This document shows, piece by piece, positions 48,447 to 57,361 of a stretch of 64,000 bases of DNA. The stretch covers positions 174,048 to 238,047 of IMG/VR virus record IMGVR_UViG_3300024350_000252; one strand, 5' to 3'. Below the pieces are notes generated by a model. That model was not told where the DNA came from. It searched no databases and worked only from the letters and a program-made list of their open reading frames with translations. The position numbers were made by a program, and so were the translations under genes. Within the stretch, counting starts at the first letter, position 1. Every line of letters starts with the position of its first letter.

Positions 48447-49107
48447 CGCTATAACAAAATTAAATTTAGAATTTAGAGAAAGTAAAGCCCACGGCGGCAG
48501 TTGGCTTTGGCCTAACGACGACACGGTAGCTTGGTCATACCTTAATAAAGCAGCACATAGACATTTGCCCCACAAGATTTCTCAATTTTGTGATAGAAAA
48601 TCATTGGTTATACAAGCAGGTGGTAACGCAGGTCTATATCCTAAACAATATGCTTCCTTATTCCAACAGGTAATAACTATAGAACCAGATTATAGAAACT
48701 TTTTTTGTCTTTGTTACAATGTTCCTGATGCTAATGTATTCAAATTCCAAGCATGTCTTGGTGATAGCAACAAGATGTTAGGATTAGATTACAATCCTCG
48801 ATGGAATAATGAAAACCGAGGAGCGATGAAAGTATCTAGTTCTGGTATCATTCCACAAATAACCATCGACAGTTTCAATCTAGCACCGGATCTAATACAT
48901 CTTGACATAGAAGGTTACGAAGGATTTGCTCTCAACGGTGCTATTGATACCATTACCAAACACAAACCATTGATAGTGCTAGAAACGAATGGTTCAGGGG
49001 ATGAATATGGATGGCCGCAGAACAAAATTGATGAATTATTGTTTTCTTTAGGTTATAAAATTCTAGAAAACTGGGGTCATGATACGGTGTACAAAAATGA
49101 AACGTGA
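48439..49107 (+). CDS. FkbM-family SAM-dependent methyltransferase
   Basis: VIQAGGNAGLYP..IEPD..ITIDSF..PDLIHLDIEGYE..ALNGA..TI..HKPLIVLE; start moved to ATG at 48439. Confidence 0.88.
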   Translation: MSDAITKLNLEFRESKAHGGSWLWPNDDTVAWSYLNKAAHRHLPHKISQFCDRKSLVIQAGGNAGLYPKQYASLFQQVITIEPDYRNFFCLCYNVPDANVFKFQACLGDSNKMLGLDYNPRWNNENRGAMKVSSSGIIPQITIDSFNLAPDLIHLDIEGYEGFALNGAIDTITKHKPLIVLETNGSGDEYGWPQNKIDELLFSLGYKILENWGHDTVYKNET

Positions 49108-49768
49108 TATTTTATGGGTTACTGGATTTAGCGAGAGTTATTATAATGCTGTAGGAAAAATTACCTTAGGCACATGGAATTTTCTCACTAACGATCACAT
49201 ATTTTTTAGCGAAAGTCGTATTTCTCATAAAGGTACGATTTATATCGGCGAAGAAATGAAAAATTATCATCCAGATTTACAAAATAAGATTTTTAATGAA
49301 AGTAAAAAGACATATAAATTTTTCAAGAAAGCATTTTGTATCTGGTATGCTCTAAAAAACTATCAAGACAAGTATAAGTCTATTATTTGGTTAGACACAG
49401 ATGTGTTAGTTAAAAAACCTTTTGATGTAAATGAATTTTTACCAAACCAAGATCAGATTTTTTCTACTATCATCCACGGACAACATGGCTGCGACTCGGG
49501 TTTCGTAGCATTTAACACTGATTATCCAGATTTTGACAAATTTGTCGACGAATATATCGATTACTATTTGTCAGGTAGGATATATCAGATGCACAATCCA
49601 TGGGATGCTTATATCCTCGAAGACTTTTCTAAAAGGATGCCAGTAAAAAATCTATTTTCTGGTAAGCCCTCTAAAGAAGATTGCGGATTCCAAAACACTT
49701 TGTTAGATCCTTATCTCGATCATTACTGGGGAAAGAAAGGAAAAATAGAATTGGAGTCTAAATCATGA
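49097..49768 (+). CDS. GT-A fold nucleotide-diphospho-sugar transferase
   Basis: FFKKAF..IIWLDTDV..CDSGFVAFN..WDAY; start moved to ATG at 49097. Confidence 0.7.
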   Translation: MKRDILWVTGFSESYYNAVGKITLGTWNFLTNDHIFFSESRISHKGTIYIGEEMKNYHPDLQNKIFNESKKTYKFFKKAFCIWYALKNYQDKYKSIIWLDTDVLVKKPFDVNEFLPNQDQIFSTIIHGQHGCDSGFVAFNTDYPDFDKFVDEYIDYYLSGRIYQMHNPWDAYILEDFSKRMPVKNLFSGKPSKEDCGFQNTLLDPYLDHYWGKKGKIELESKS

Positions 49769-50499
49769 AATATACCGTAAAATGGTCGGGATTAGCTGAT
49801 TCGAAATACTATGAATATATTGCTAAATTTTGTTTACCTTCATGGACAATGTTGCCAGGAGAAAAATTCGTCATTCATGATGGCAACTTGATCAACATAC
49901 CAGGTATCAATGTAGTACCATGGGAAGGAATACCCAACGAACAGTCAAAATTTATCGCCAATCAGCCTAAGAAGAAACCTTGGAACTTCTGGCGGAAGAT
50001 GCAGAGCCAAGTACACGCAGTAAGAACACAAAAAGATTGCGATTTTTTGGTTTTGTTAGACACCGACATCGAAGTTTTTGATTTTAATGCGAAATTATTT
50101 TCACAAGAGTTAGAAAATTTACTAACATCGGGGCTAGTATGGGCTACTGGTCAATCTCAATTGAGAAAATTAGATGCCGGTTTCATCATCATTAACATGA
50201 AACACCCATCCAGAGAACAGTTGATAAACGATTATGAAGATATTTGGGAATCTGGTAAAATTTATACACTAGAAAAAGGCTACGATGGAGATGCTGTCGA
50301 AAGTCTTTTTGAAAAATATCCTTCATACAGATTAAAAAACAGAGATTACGGGTCTGGCCTACATGTTTACGATCTAGGAGTGATACATTGGGGTAGCAAA
50401 CTACCAAAAGAACTAAGAGCTGCGTGGCAAGGAGATGCTAAAAGTCTTCTTGATAAAAGATTATCAGAGATAGTGATCAAAGAATATAAAAATCGCTAA
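49765..50499 (+). CDS. GT-A fold nucleotide-diphospho-sugar transferase
   Basis: FWRK..VLLDTDI..DAGFIIIN..YDGD. Confidence 0.65.
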   Translation: MKYTVKWSGLADSKYYEYIAKFCLPSWTMLPGEKFVIHDGNLINIPGINVVPWEGIPNEQSKFIANQPKKKPWNFWRKMQSQVHAVRTQKDCDFLVLLDTDIEVFDFNAKLFSQELENLLTSGLVWATGQSQLRKLDAGFIIINMKHPSREQLINDYEDIWESGKIYTLEKGYDGDAVESLFEKYPSYRLKNRDYGSGLHVYDLGVIHWGSKLPKELRAAWQGDAKSLLDKRLSEIVIKEYKNR

Positions 50500-51305
50500 G
50501 ACACCCAATAGCTTTCTTGTCTGTTTACCCTAAGATCAGTGATTTTGCTTTTTCCTAAGTCTTTTCTAGCACCTTTTAAATGATCTAGGTAAGCTCCCCA
50601 AGCAGAATTTATCAAAGGATGACCTTCACCTTTGATCAAACCTCTACTCCAATCGTGTTGTTTGAGAAAAGGCATCCTTAACCTAACGTCATCAAAAACA
50701 AAACTGTCATGCCACTCTGTAAGACGGAAAATTCCGGTCTCTGCGTGGTCATACATCCTTTGAAATTCTCTTAAAAAATCTAATGTTTGGAGATTTTTAA
50801 GATTCATAGAATACAACCCACATTCGGACCATTTATTTTCTCTACCTAAAAAACATATGTCTTGTTCTTTTGGTATCAATTGTTCAATAGCTACTAAATT
50901 TATGGGACTATGACATATTGTGTCAGCATCCATCCATAATAAAATGTCACTTTCACAGTTTTTAGCACAATGAAATATAGCATAGACCTTATGACTGAAT
51001 CTTACAGCATCCCATCTAAAGCCTATACCGGGCTGTTTACCACCTTTACCGATCGGACCTGTAGCAAGGTTTCCTGTAGCTCGTGGATCATCTTTCCATT
51101 TTTGTTTGAAGGAAACTAATTCAGGACTGCTAGAGTGTAAATCACGTACTACAAGGTTTTTTGCCTGTTCAACTACTTGGCAGTTTTCACTATATGCGTA
51201 CAGCGTAACTTCTTCGGGCCAATTTTTTATAAAACTATTGATCATGTTTCGGCCATATTTTTCATAGCCGGATTGATTGAATGTAGTAACCACGGAAATT
51301 TTCAT
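50496..51305 (-). CDS. GT-A fold nucleotide-diphospho-sugar transferase
   Basis: VVTTFN..WDAVRFSHKV..LWMDADT..ECGLY..EWHDSFVFD..DHLKG; stop codon overlaps the stop of the convergent gene. Confidence 0.8.
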   Translation of the reverse strand: MKISVVTTFNQSGYEKYGRNMINSFIKNWPEEVTLYAYSENCQVVEQAKNLVVRDLHSSSPELVSFKQKWKDDPRATGNLATGPIGKGGKQPGIGFRWDAVRFSHKVYAIFHCAKNCESDILLWMDADTICHSPINLVAIEQLIPKEQDICFLGRENKWSECGLYSMNLKNLQTLDFLREFQRMYDHAETGIFRLTEWHDSFVFDDVRLRMPFLKQHDWSRGLIKGEGHPLINSAWGAYLDHLKGARKDLGKSKITDLRVNRQESYWVS

Positions 51306-51310
51306 ATTGA

Positions 51311-51318
51311 TATTTATA
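51311..51318 (-). promoter_or_regulatory. T4-type late promoter (perfect consensus)
   Basis: Minus strand TATAAATA-tcaat-ATG (51305). Confidence 0.85.
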
Positions 51319-51378
51319 GATGGTAAAAAAGTGAATTTTTTTCTTGATCTTTGAGGTCAGAGAAGTTAATATTATATA

Positions 51379-52566
51379 ATGATCTCAACACAACCTATCG
51401 ATAAAATCTTTGAGGACTTTGCCAACAGTGTGGTGTTCGGAAACATCCGTGTGGACACCGCAGATGAAAGTCCTGTTTATAGTTTTCATACGGTTGTCAC
51501 ACAAAATACCCCATTAACTAAGAAACAGAGTCTCTATGTTTTGAGGTTATTGAGGAAGTATCAGACACCCTACGAACAATACAGTAAAAAATCTATCACA
51601 CATGCTTTGGCCAATCCTACATGGACACATCCATTTAGAGAATTAGATCCTAGCAAGAAAATCTATGTGGAAGAAATTGGAAAAATCACCTGGATTTTTG
51701 CTAAATTTCCATATGCCCTTAAAGAAGAATTTGCCAAGGAATTCAAGGTGTATGGAAAGATGATGTGGGATCCTGAGACCAAATCACAGAGAGCAAGATT
51801 GTATGACATCAATGTCGTACATCTTCATAGTTTTGGTCAAAAACATGGTTTTGAATTCGATGAAAAATTCCAAAATCTTGTAGAATCGGTTGAAGAAATA
51901 TGGCAACGTGAAAATGAAATCACACGCTCATGTATAGTCGAAAGTGACCATGTCAAGCTGATTAATGCTACAGAATCAGCTCAGGAATATTTTGACAAGA
52001 ATAAGAAAAACAGCTTAAAATCTGACCTATTTTTAGCCAGAATGTTAGGTCACAAATTTATCACTGATAAAACACAAAATAGAATAGAAACACTGTGCTC
52101 AAAGAAAAAATCTAAATTTTGGTTTCGAGATATCAATGTTCTCATGTCAGTGGTTAAAGACCTAGACCATCACCCTGTTTTGATATTTTTAGATAGAACC
52201 ACCGATGTAGTTGACTATGCTAAAAAGTTTGTAGAAGCAGGAATAAATGCCGGGATACCAAATGAATATTTCCGAATTCTTTTTAGATTCAAGAACGATG
52301 AAGAACAGGGTCAACGGTTTAACGAATGGATCAAAGAAAACAATCTCGGCGGTGAAGTCGAAACTGGCAAGATATTCATTTGCCAACACAAACCACCAAA
52401 ATGGATGATTAAGTCTAATTTACAGCCATCTTTACTGATAAGTAATACACTCAATCCGCATACAAATACATCAACCATTTCAATGATCAACCAGCACCAC
52501 ACTGTGTTTTACGTTGGTAACATCAGACCCACTGTGTCGAAGGAGACTGAAGTTGTCCATTTGTAA
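51379..52566 (+). CDS. Hypothetical protein (395 aa)
   Basis: Long clean ORF coupled to uvsW; no recognisable motif. Confidence 0.75.
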   Translation: MISTQPIDKIFEDFANSVVFGNIRVDTADESPVYSFHTVVTQNTPLTKKQSLYVLRLLRKYQTPYEQYSKKSITHALANPTWTHPFRELDPSKKIYVEEIGKITWIFAKFPYALKEEFAKEFKVYGKMMWDPETKSQRARLYDINVVHLHSFGQKHGFEFDEKFQNLVESVEEIWQRENEITRSCIVESDHVKLINATESAQEYFDKNKKNSLKSDLFLARMLGHKFITDKTQNRIETLCSKKKSKFWFRDINVLMSVVKDLDHHPVLIFLDRTTDVVDYAKKFVEAGINAGIPNEYFRILFRFKNDEEQGQRFNEWIKENNLGGEVETGKIFICQHKPPKWMIKSNLQPSLLISNTLNPHTNTSTISMINQHHTVFYVGNIRPTVSKETEVVHL

Positions 52567-54010
52567 ACTAATCATTAAAGACGAAGTCAATGTAAAGATA
52601 GAAGGACTCGCTTTAGAAACTAGACGTAAGCTGGCTAATAAATTCAAGATTGATGTACCGTGGGCACGTTATCAACCGGCATATAGATTAGGCCGGTGGG
52701 ACGGTACCGTAGCTTTCTTCGGCATAGGAGGCACAGGCTATATGTGCCATATCGAAGAAATCGTAGAAGTATTAACCAATGACGGCTATGAAATAGAAAT
52801 AGAAGATCAAAGACAGCACCTGGATCTTAAGTTTACTAAAGTCACCGAAAACTACTGGGCAGACAAAGGAAAGGTATGGCCCAAAGGACATAGGTTTGAA
52901 GGAGAACCTATCGTGCTACGTGATTATCAATATGATGCTGTCAACAAGTTCTTAGAGAATCCACAATGCTTACAAGAAATCGCAACAGGTGCGGGTAAAA
53001 CTATTACAACAGCAACACTCAGTCATTGTTGTGAGCCATATGGTAGAACTGTAGTCATCGTACCTAACAAATCACTCGTCGAACAGACAGAAGAAGACTT
53101 TCGCAATGTCGGGCTCGATGTAGGCGTCTATTACGGTGATCGAAAAGAATTAGGAAAGACTCACACTATCTGTACTTGGCAGAGTCTAAATGTATTAGAT
53201 AAGAAAAGTCATGATGCTGAAGAAGCATTGACTTTGAAAGAATTCTTCCATGATGTCGTAGCAGTCATCGTCGATGAAGTACACATGGCTAAAGCCGAAG
53301 TGTTAAAAAACATATTAACACAAGACTTGGCAAACTGTCCTATACGTTGGGGATTAACTGGAACCATACCAAAAGAAAAATTTGAATTTGTCAGCATATT
53401 AGCTGCTATAGGACCAGTTATCAATCGTATCACTGCGCATGATCTACAACAGAAAGATGTTCTAGCTCAATGTCATGTGGAAGTACTACAGACCATAGAA
53501 ATCAAAGAATTTCGTTCTTATCCTGAAGAACTGAAATACCTAGTCACAGATCCTGTTAGGATTGACTGGGTAGCTGAAAAAATAAAAAACATAGCTGCTA
53601 CAGGAAATACACTGGTGCTCATAGACCGAATAGAGACCGGAGACAAGCTGTGTGAAAGAATACCAGAAGCTGTGTTTATCAGCGGAAAGGTCAAAACAAA
53701 AGATAGGAAAGAAGAATACGATGAGGTACAATCTGTGGATGATAAGATCATTATTGCTACTTATGGTGTTGCCGCCGTTGGGATTAACATTCCTCGCATT
53801 TTTAATCTTATTCTTATTGAACCAGGCAAATCTTTTGTAAGAGTAATACAAAGTATTGGACGAGGAATCCGCAAAGCAGAAGATAAAGATTTTGTCCAGA
53901 TATGGGACATCACTGGCGGTACGAAATATGCTAAACGTCACTTAACTGAACGTAAAAAGTTTTACAAGGATGCTCACTATCCTTTTAATATAACCAAGGT
54001 AACAATATGA
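52553..54010 (+). CDS. uvsW: SF2 DNA helicase UvsW
   Basis: LRDYQ, EIATGAGKT, VIVDEVH, GLTGT, IATYGVAAVGINIP, QSIGRGIR; start moved to TTG at 52553 with SD AGGAG. Confidence 0.93.
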   Translation: MSICKLIIKDEVNVKIEGLALETRRKLANKFKIDVPWARYQPAYRLGRWDGTVAFFGIGGTGYMCHIEEIVEVLTNDGYEIEIEDQRQHLDLKFTKVTENYWADKGKVWPKGHRFEGEPIVLRDYQYDAVNKFLENPQCLQEIATGAGKTITTATLSHCCEPYGRTVVIVPNKSLVEQTEEDFRNVGLDVGVYYGDRKELGKTHTICTWQSLNVLDKKSHDAEEALTLKEFFHDVVAVIVDEVHMAKAEVLKNILTQDLANCPIRWGLTGTIPKEKFEFVSILAAIGPVINRITAHDLQQKDVLAQCHVEVLQTIEIKEFRSYPEELKYLVTDPVRIDWVAEKIKNIAATGNTLVLIDRIETGDKLCERIPEAVFISGKVKTKDRKEEYDEVQSVDDKIIIATYGVAAVGINIPRIFNLILIEPGKSFVRVIQSIGRGIRKAEDKDFVQIWDITGGTKYAKRHLTERKKFYKDAHYPFNITKVTI

Positions 54011-54513
54011 GAATTTTAACTTTAAACAACACATCATTTGATCTGAATGAACTACCAGAAGACGTAGAAGAAGATACAAGATTTTCGGTACTAGACAATT
54101 CAACACCTAGTGAACCCGATTTCTTTTTTGTTCCTCTTATCTTTCTTGAATCATTTAATGCTCCTGCTATCGTACTAAAGATAGGTGGGCATGAAGTACA
54201 AATGCCGTTAGATTGGAGCATGGTAGTAGGCGATAAAGAATGTGGAGCAGATCCAGAAGTACTACCATTAACTAGTCTAAATGAACGAGGATTTGACGCA
54301 TTAATATTCAATCCTATTAAAGGATTCAAGGTAGAATACGCACCAGTTGAAATTGTCAATATCTATCAAGACGTCAAATGGTATTTCCCTAAGATGAAAA
54401 ACAATCAACTATTGACGGTGCCTATTCGTGAAGGGATCAATCCGCCGTGTGCTTATTTTGTCAAAGAAATTTCTAGACAGAGCGAGATAGTCCAGATAGA
54501 TAAAATTTTATGA
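54007..54513 (+). CDS. Hypothetical beta-rich protein (168 aa)
   Basis: ATGA overlap with uvsW; weak Hint-fold resemblance (see findings). Confidence 0.7.
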   Translation: MRILTLNNTSFDLNELPEDVEEDTRFSVLDNSTPSEPDFFFVPLIFLESFNAPAIVLKIGGHEVQMPLDWSMVVGDKECGADPEVLPLTSLNERGFDALIFNPIKGFKVEYAPVEIVNIYQDVKWYFPKMKNNQLLTVPIREGINPPCAYFVKEISRQSEIVQIDKIL

Positions 54514-54770
54514 TACCAGGAACAGATTTTTCTAGAAGATACTGGGGTCAAAACTACGATCATTTCGAACGTGTCGCTGCGTGGGGCGAAGAGTTTTTCT
54601 GGCTTCCAAAGCGTTGTTATGTTACCAAAAAGCTTCTATGGCTAGTGACAGCATATCGAGGCGTAGCGATGTACACTGGACCAGGGGAGGCCGTCGTAGA
54701 GTTTCGTTTTTATTCTAAAGAGTCATTCATGATGAAAGCCTTGCGAGGAGAACTAAGGTGGGATCATTAA
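54510..54770 (+). CDS. Hypothetical protein (86 aa)
   Basis: ATGA-coupled; Trp/aromatic-rich. Confidence 0.65.
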   Translation: MIPGTDFSRRYWGQNYDHFERVAAWGEEFFWLPKRCYVTKKLLWLVTAYRGVAMYTGPGEAVVEFRFYSKESFMMKALRGELRWDH

Positions 54771-55018
54771 AACCAGGAGCGACTTATGTCTATGAACGTG
54801 TAGACGACACAATATATGCCCGTGAGCTAGGCGCTGATCCAAAAGATCGTTTTGTGATTGGCTATGATTATAAAATACGTCAAGAAGTAGAAAATAGATT
54901 TAGGCCGTTTAAGTGGGTCGATATGATGCGTGAAGCAAGACATAACGAAGCTTTACAAAAAGCCATAGACCATGCTATACTAATATATGAGTTAAGCAGA
55001 AAATACGATGCCAAATAA
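54758..55018 (+). CDS. Hypothetical protein (86 aa)
   Basis: GTG start with SD GGAG/AAGG; overlaps both neighbours. Confidence 0.65.
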   Translation: MGSLKPGATYVYERVDDTIYARELGADPKDRFVIGYDYKIRQEVENRFRPFKWVDMMREARHNEALQKAIDHAILIYELSRKYDAK

Positions 55019-55487
55019 ACATATAGACCTTTTCAAAGACATGATACCCGCAGTAGACATGGGTCTTAAAGACCTGTGGGAAGTCGCGTCGGAGGAAGGT
55101 CGTAAAGAAATCAAAGGTGATTTGTGGAATCTTAATCGTTATATCAGCAGTGTCAAATCCAATAACAGAGAATTACAAGAACACTATCTTATATTGGTTA
55201 ATGAACTATATAACAAAAACTATGCTTCGGCTAGTAAACATCCTAAACTGATGTGGTTGCTATTATGTTCTTGTCATCACGAAAGCAAGAAAACACATTT
55301 CCACGAATGGATACCTTTAAAAAGGACTAGCGATAATAAAAATATAAAATTATTGATGGACATTTATCCTACTGCCAAAGTCGAAGATCTAGAATTATTG
55401 TCTAAGATTTTAGGTGCTAAAGGACTGAGGCAGTTGGCTAGAGATCATGGATACAATGACAAACAAATCAAAGACCTTAAGCTATAG
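55008..55487 (+). CDS. Clamp-loader small subunit-like protein (T4 gp62-like)
   Basis: LNRYISS..VNELYN..KLMWLLL..HEWIPLK pattern and size fit gp62. Confidence 0.5.
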   Translation: MPNKHIDLFKDMIPAVDMGLKDLWEVASEEGRKEIKGDLWNLNRYISSVKSNNRELQEHYLILVNELYNKNYASASKHPKLMWLLLCSCHHESKKTHFHEWIPLKRTSDNKNIKLLMDIYPTAKVEDLELLSKILGAKGLRQLARDHGYNDKQIKDLKL

Positions 55488-56151
55488 TTGCGGCTACTGC
55501 GGAAAGTCTTTTACCAAAGAAAAAACATTGGCAGTACATGTCTGTGAAAAGAAACGCAGGCATATGAGTCGTGGTGAAAAACATGTACAGGCTGCTTTGA
55601 TCGCATTTCAAAAGTTTTATGAGATAGCGACTAGAAGTAAAAATAAAACATTTGATGAGTTTGTAGACAGCCCATATTACAATGCCTTTGTTAAGTTTGG
55701 CAGTTTCTTGGTAAATGCTAATCCTATATATCCTGAAAGATTTATCGAATGGGTTATAAAAAGTGGTATTAAACTTGATCACTGGTGTCGTGATGAATTA
55801 TACGATCAATACGTTTGCGAACTGATAAAAACTGAACCAGCAGACGGTGCTATACAACGAACTATCGCTACCATGATAGATTGGGCCAATGATAATCAAG
55901 CACAATGGGAACATTATTTTCTTTATGTGAATACTAATAGAGCCACTAAGCATATTAAAGAAGGGCTAATCAGTCCTTGGGTATTGCTTAACTGTTCCGG
56001 TGGAAAGTCACTTTTAAAGAAATTAAATAACGAGCAGATAGAAATAATATCGCCTATACTAGATCCAGATCACTGGAGAAACAGATTTAGGAATTTACCA
56101 GCCGATTTAGAATTAGTAAAAGAACTAATTAAAGAAGCAAAAATATTATGA
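55447..56151 (+). CDS. C2H2-type zinc-finger protein (234 aa)
   Basis: YSCGYCGKSFTKEKTLAVHVCEKKRRH at the N-terminus. Confidence 0.7.
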   Translation: MDTMTNKSKTLSYSCGYCGKSFTKEKTLAVHVCEKKRRHMSRGEKHVQAALIAFQKFYEIATRSKNKTFDEFVDSPYYNAFVKFGSFLVNANPIYPERFIEWVIKSGIKLDHWCRDELYDQYVCELIKTEPADGAIQRTIATMIDWANDNQAQWEHYFLYVNTNRATKHIKEGLISPWVLLNCSGGKSLLKKLNNEQIEIISPILDPDHWRNRFRNLPADLELVKELIKEAKIL

Positions 56152-56375
56152 CAAAGAAAAAAACACAAGTCGAAAATCAAATAGAAGAACTAGCAGAAAA
56201 TGAAGAATTTATTTCGGAAAGAGATGATCTTGATATCGAAGTAAGATTAGGAGAAGATAATTCAGTCATGGTAAGGTTTACAGGATTTGAGGATGAAGAA
56301 GAAGCAGACGAGTATGCTCAATTCTTAGCTGAAAACTTACCACTATTGCTATTTGAAACTACAAGGTTACAATAA
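56148..56375 (+). CDS. Hypothetical acidic protein (75 aa)
   Basis: ATGA/TAATG-coupled to both neighbours. Confidence 0.65.
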   Translation: MTKKKTQVENQIEELAENEEFISERDDLDIEVRLGEDNSVMVRFTGFEDEEEADEYAQFLAENLPLLLFETTRLQ

Positions 56376-56959
56376 TGCCAGATATAGACATAGACTTCGC
56401 TGATAGAAACAAAGCATTAGCTGTGTTAAAACATGTGCGAGCCAGCCGCTTTGATAAAAAAGAGCAGAAATTAGTTCCGCATAATACCGGAGTCTATTTC
56501 CATTCTGTGCCTAAGTATAGTAAAGATAATCTATGTTCGTTAGAATATGAATCAGCAGAAGAATTAGGATTTTTTAAAATAGATTTTCTTAATGTAGGTA
56601 TCTATGAAGGTGTAAGAAGTGAAGAGCATCTCATACAACTAATGGAGACTGAACCACTATGGGATCTACTAGAGCAAGACGACTTTACCCAACTCCTATT
56701 CCATGTGAATGGGCATGGGTCTATTCTGAGGAAAAGCAAACCAAAGTCTATAGAGCAATTGGCAGCAGTACTAGCGATGATCCGTCCCGCGAAGAGGAAT
56801 TTGATTGGGAAGGATTGGACGACGATTATGAACGAGGTTTGGACTAAACCTGACAATGATGAGTATTATTTCAAGAAGTCACACGCTATCGCTTATGCTA
56901 CAGCAGTAGTAGTACAGATGAATCTTATCTGTGAAAATATCAGCTACGAGTTCAGTTGA
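56375..56959 (+). CDS. Minimal DNA polymerase III alpha (DnaE)-like protein, palm/finger remnants only (194 aa)
   Basis: PDIDIDF, HNTGV, KIDFLNV, LAMIRP and FKKSHAIAYA appear in the DnaE order. Confidence 0.8.
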   Translation: MPDIDIDFADRNKALAVLKHVRASRFDKKEQKLVPHNTGVYFHSVPKYSKDNLCSLEYESAEELGFFKIDFLNVGIYEGVRSEEHLIQLMETEPLWDLLEQDDFTQLLFHVNGHGSILRKSKPKSIEQLAAVLAMIRPAKRNLIGKDWTTIMNEVWTKPDNDEYYFKKSHAIAYATAVVVQMNLICENISYEFS

Positions 56960-57331
56960 TTATTTGGCTTTTCTAACTAATGTGATACTTTTTCTTTTGA
57001 TTCTTTTAGTGATTATGTCGTTAAGGCTAGTTACTGGTCCAAATAACACTTTGACATCTTTGGTGGAAAAATTTCTAATAATGTAACGGAAGGGCAACAT
57101 ATCTTTGTTCATAAAGATATTGATAGGAATTAATCTGTTAGATTCCCACCACCACTGTTCTCCTAGTTCTAAAAACTTGGCTTTTTGATCTTCTGTGTGG
57201 ATCAACCCGTAGTCATAGAAACTGGTAACTTGTGAGTCTTGATTTATTAGTATTCCTACGTATTCGTGATCTATATAATTGATCACTGTTATAAAAGGAA
57301 AATTTTGTTGTAAATGCTCGCTTATTCTCAT
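56960..57331 (-). CDS. Hypothetical protein (123 aa)
   Basis: Clean ORF abutting the mini-dnaE stop; minus-strand TATAAATA at 57380-57387. Confidence 0.75.
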   Translation of the reverse strand: MRISEHLQQNFPFITVINYIDHEYVGILINQDSQVTSFYDYGLIHTEDQKAKFLELGEQWWWESNRLIPINIFMNKDMLPFRYIIRNFSTKDVKVLFGPVTSLNDIITKRIKRKSITLVRKAK

Positions 57332-57361
57332 CGATAAATATGTTTCATACTGGGACTAATC

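Noticed and set aside
56960-57331. Calling the 123-aa protein a T4 gp2 DNA end protector or WYL domain
   Set aside because: Only a vague resemblance; no diagnostic motif I can support.
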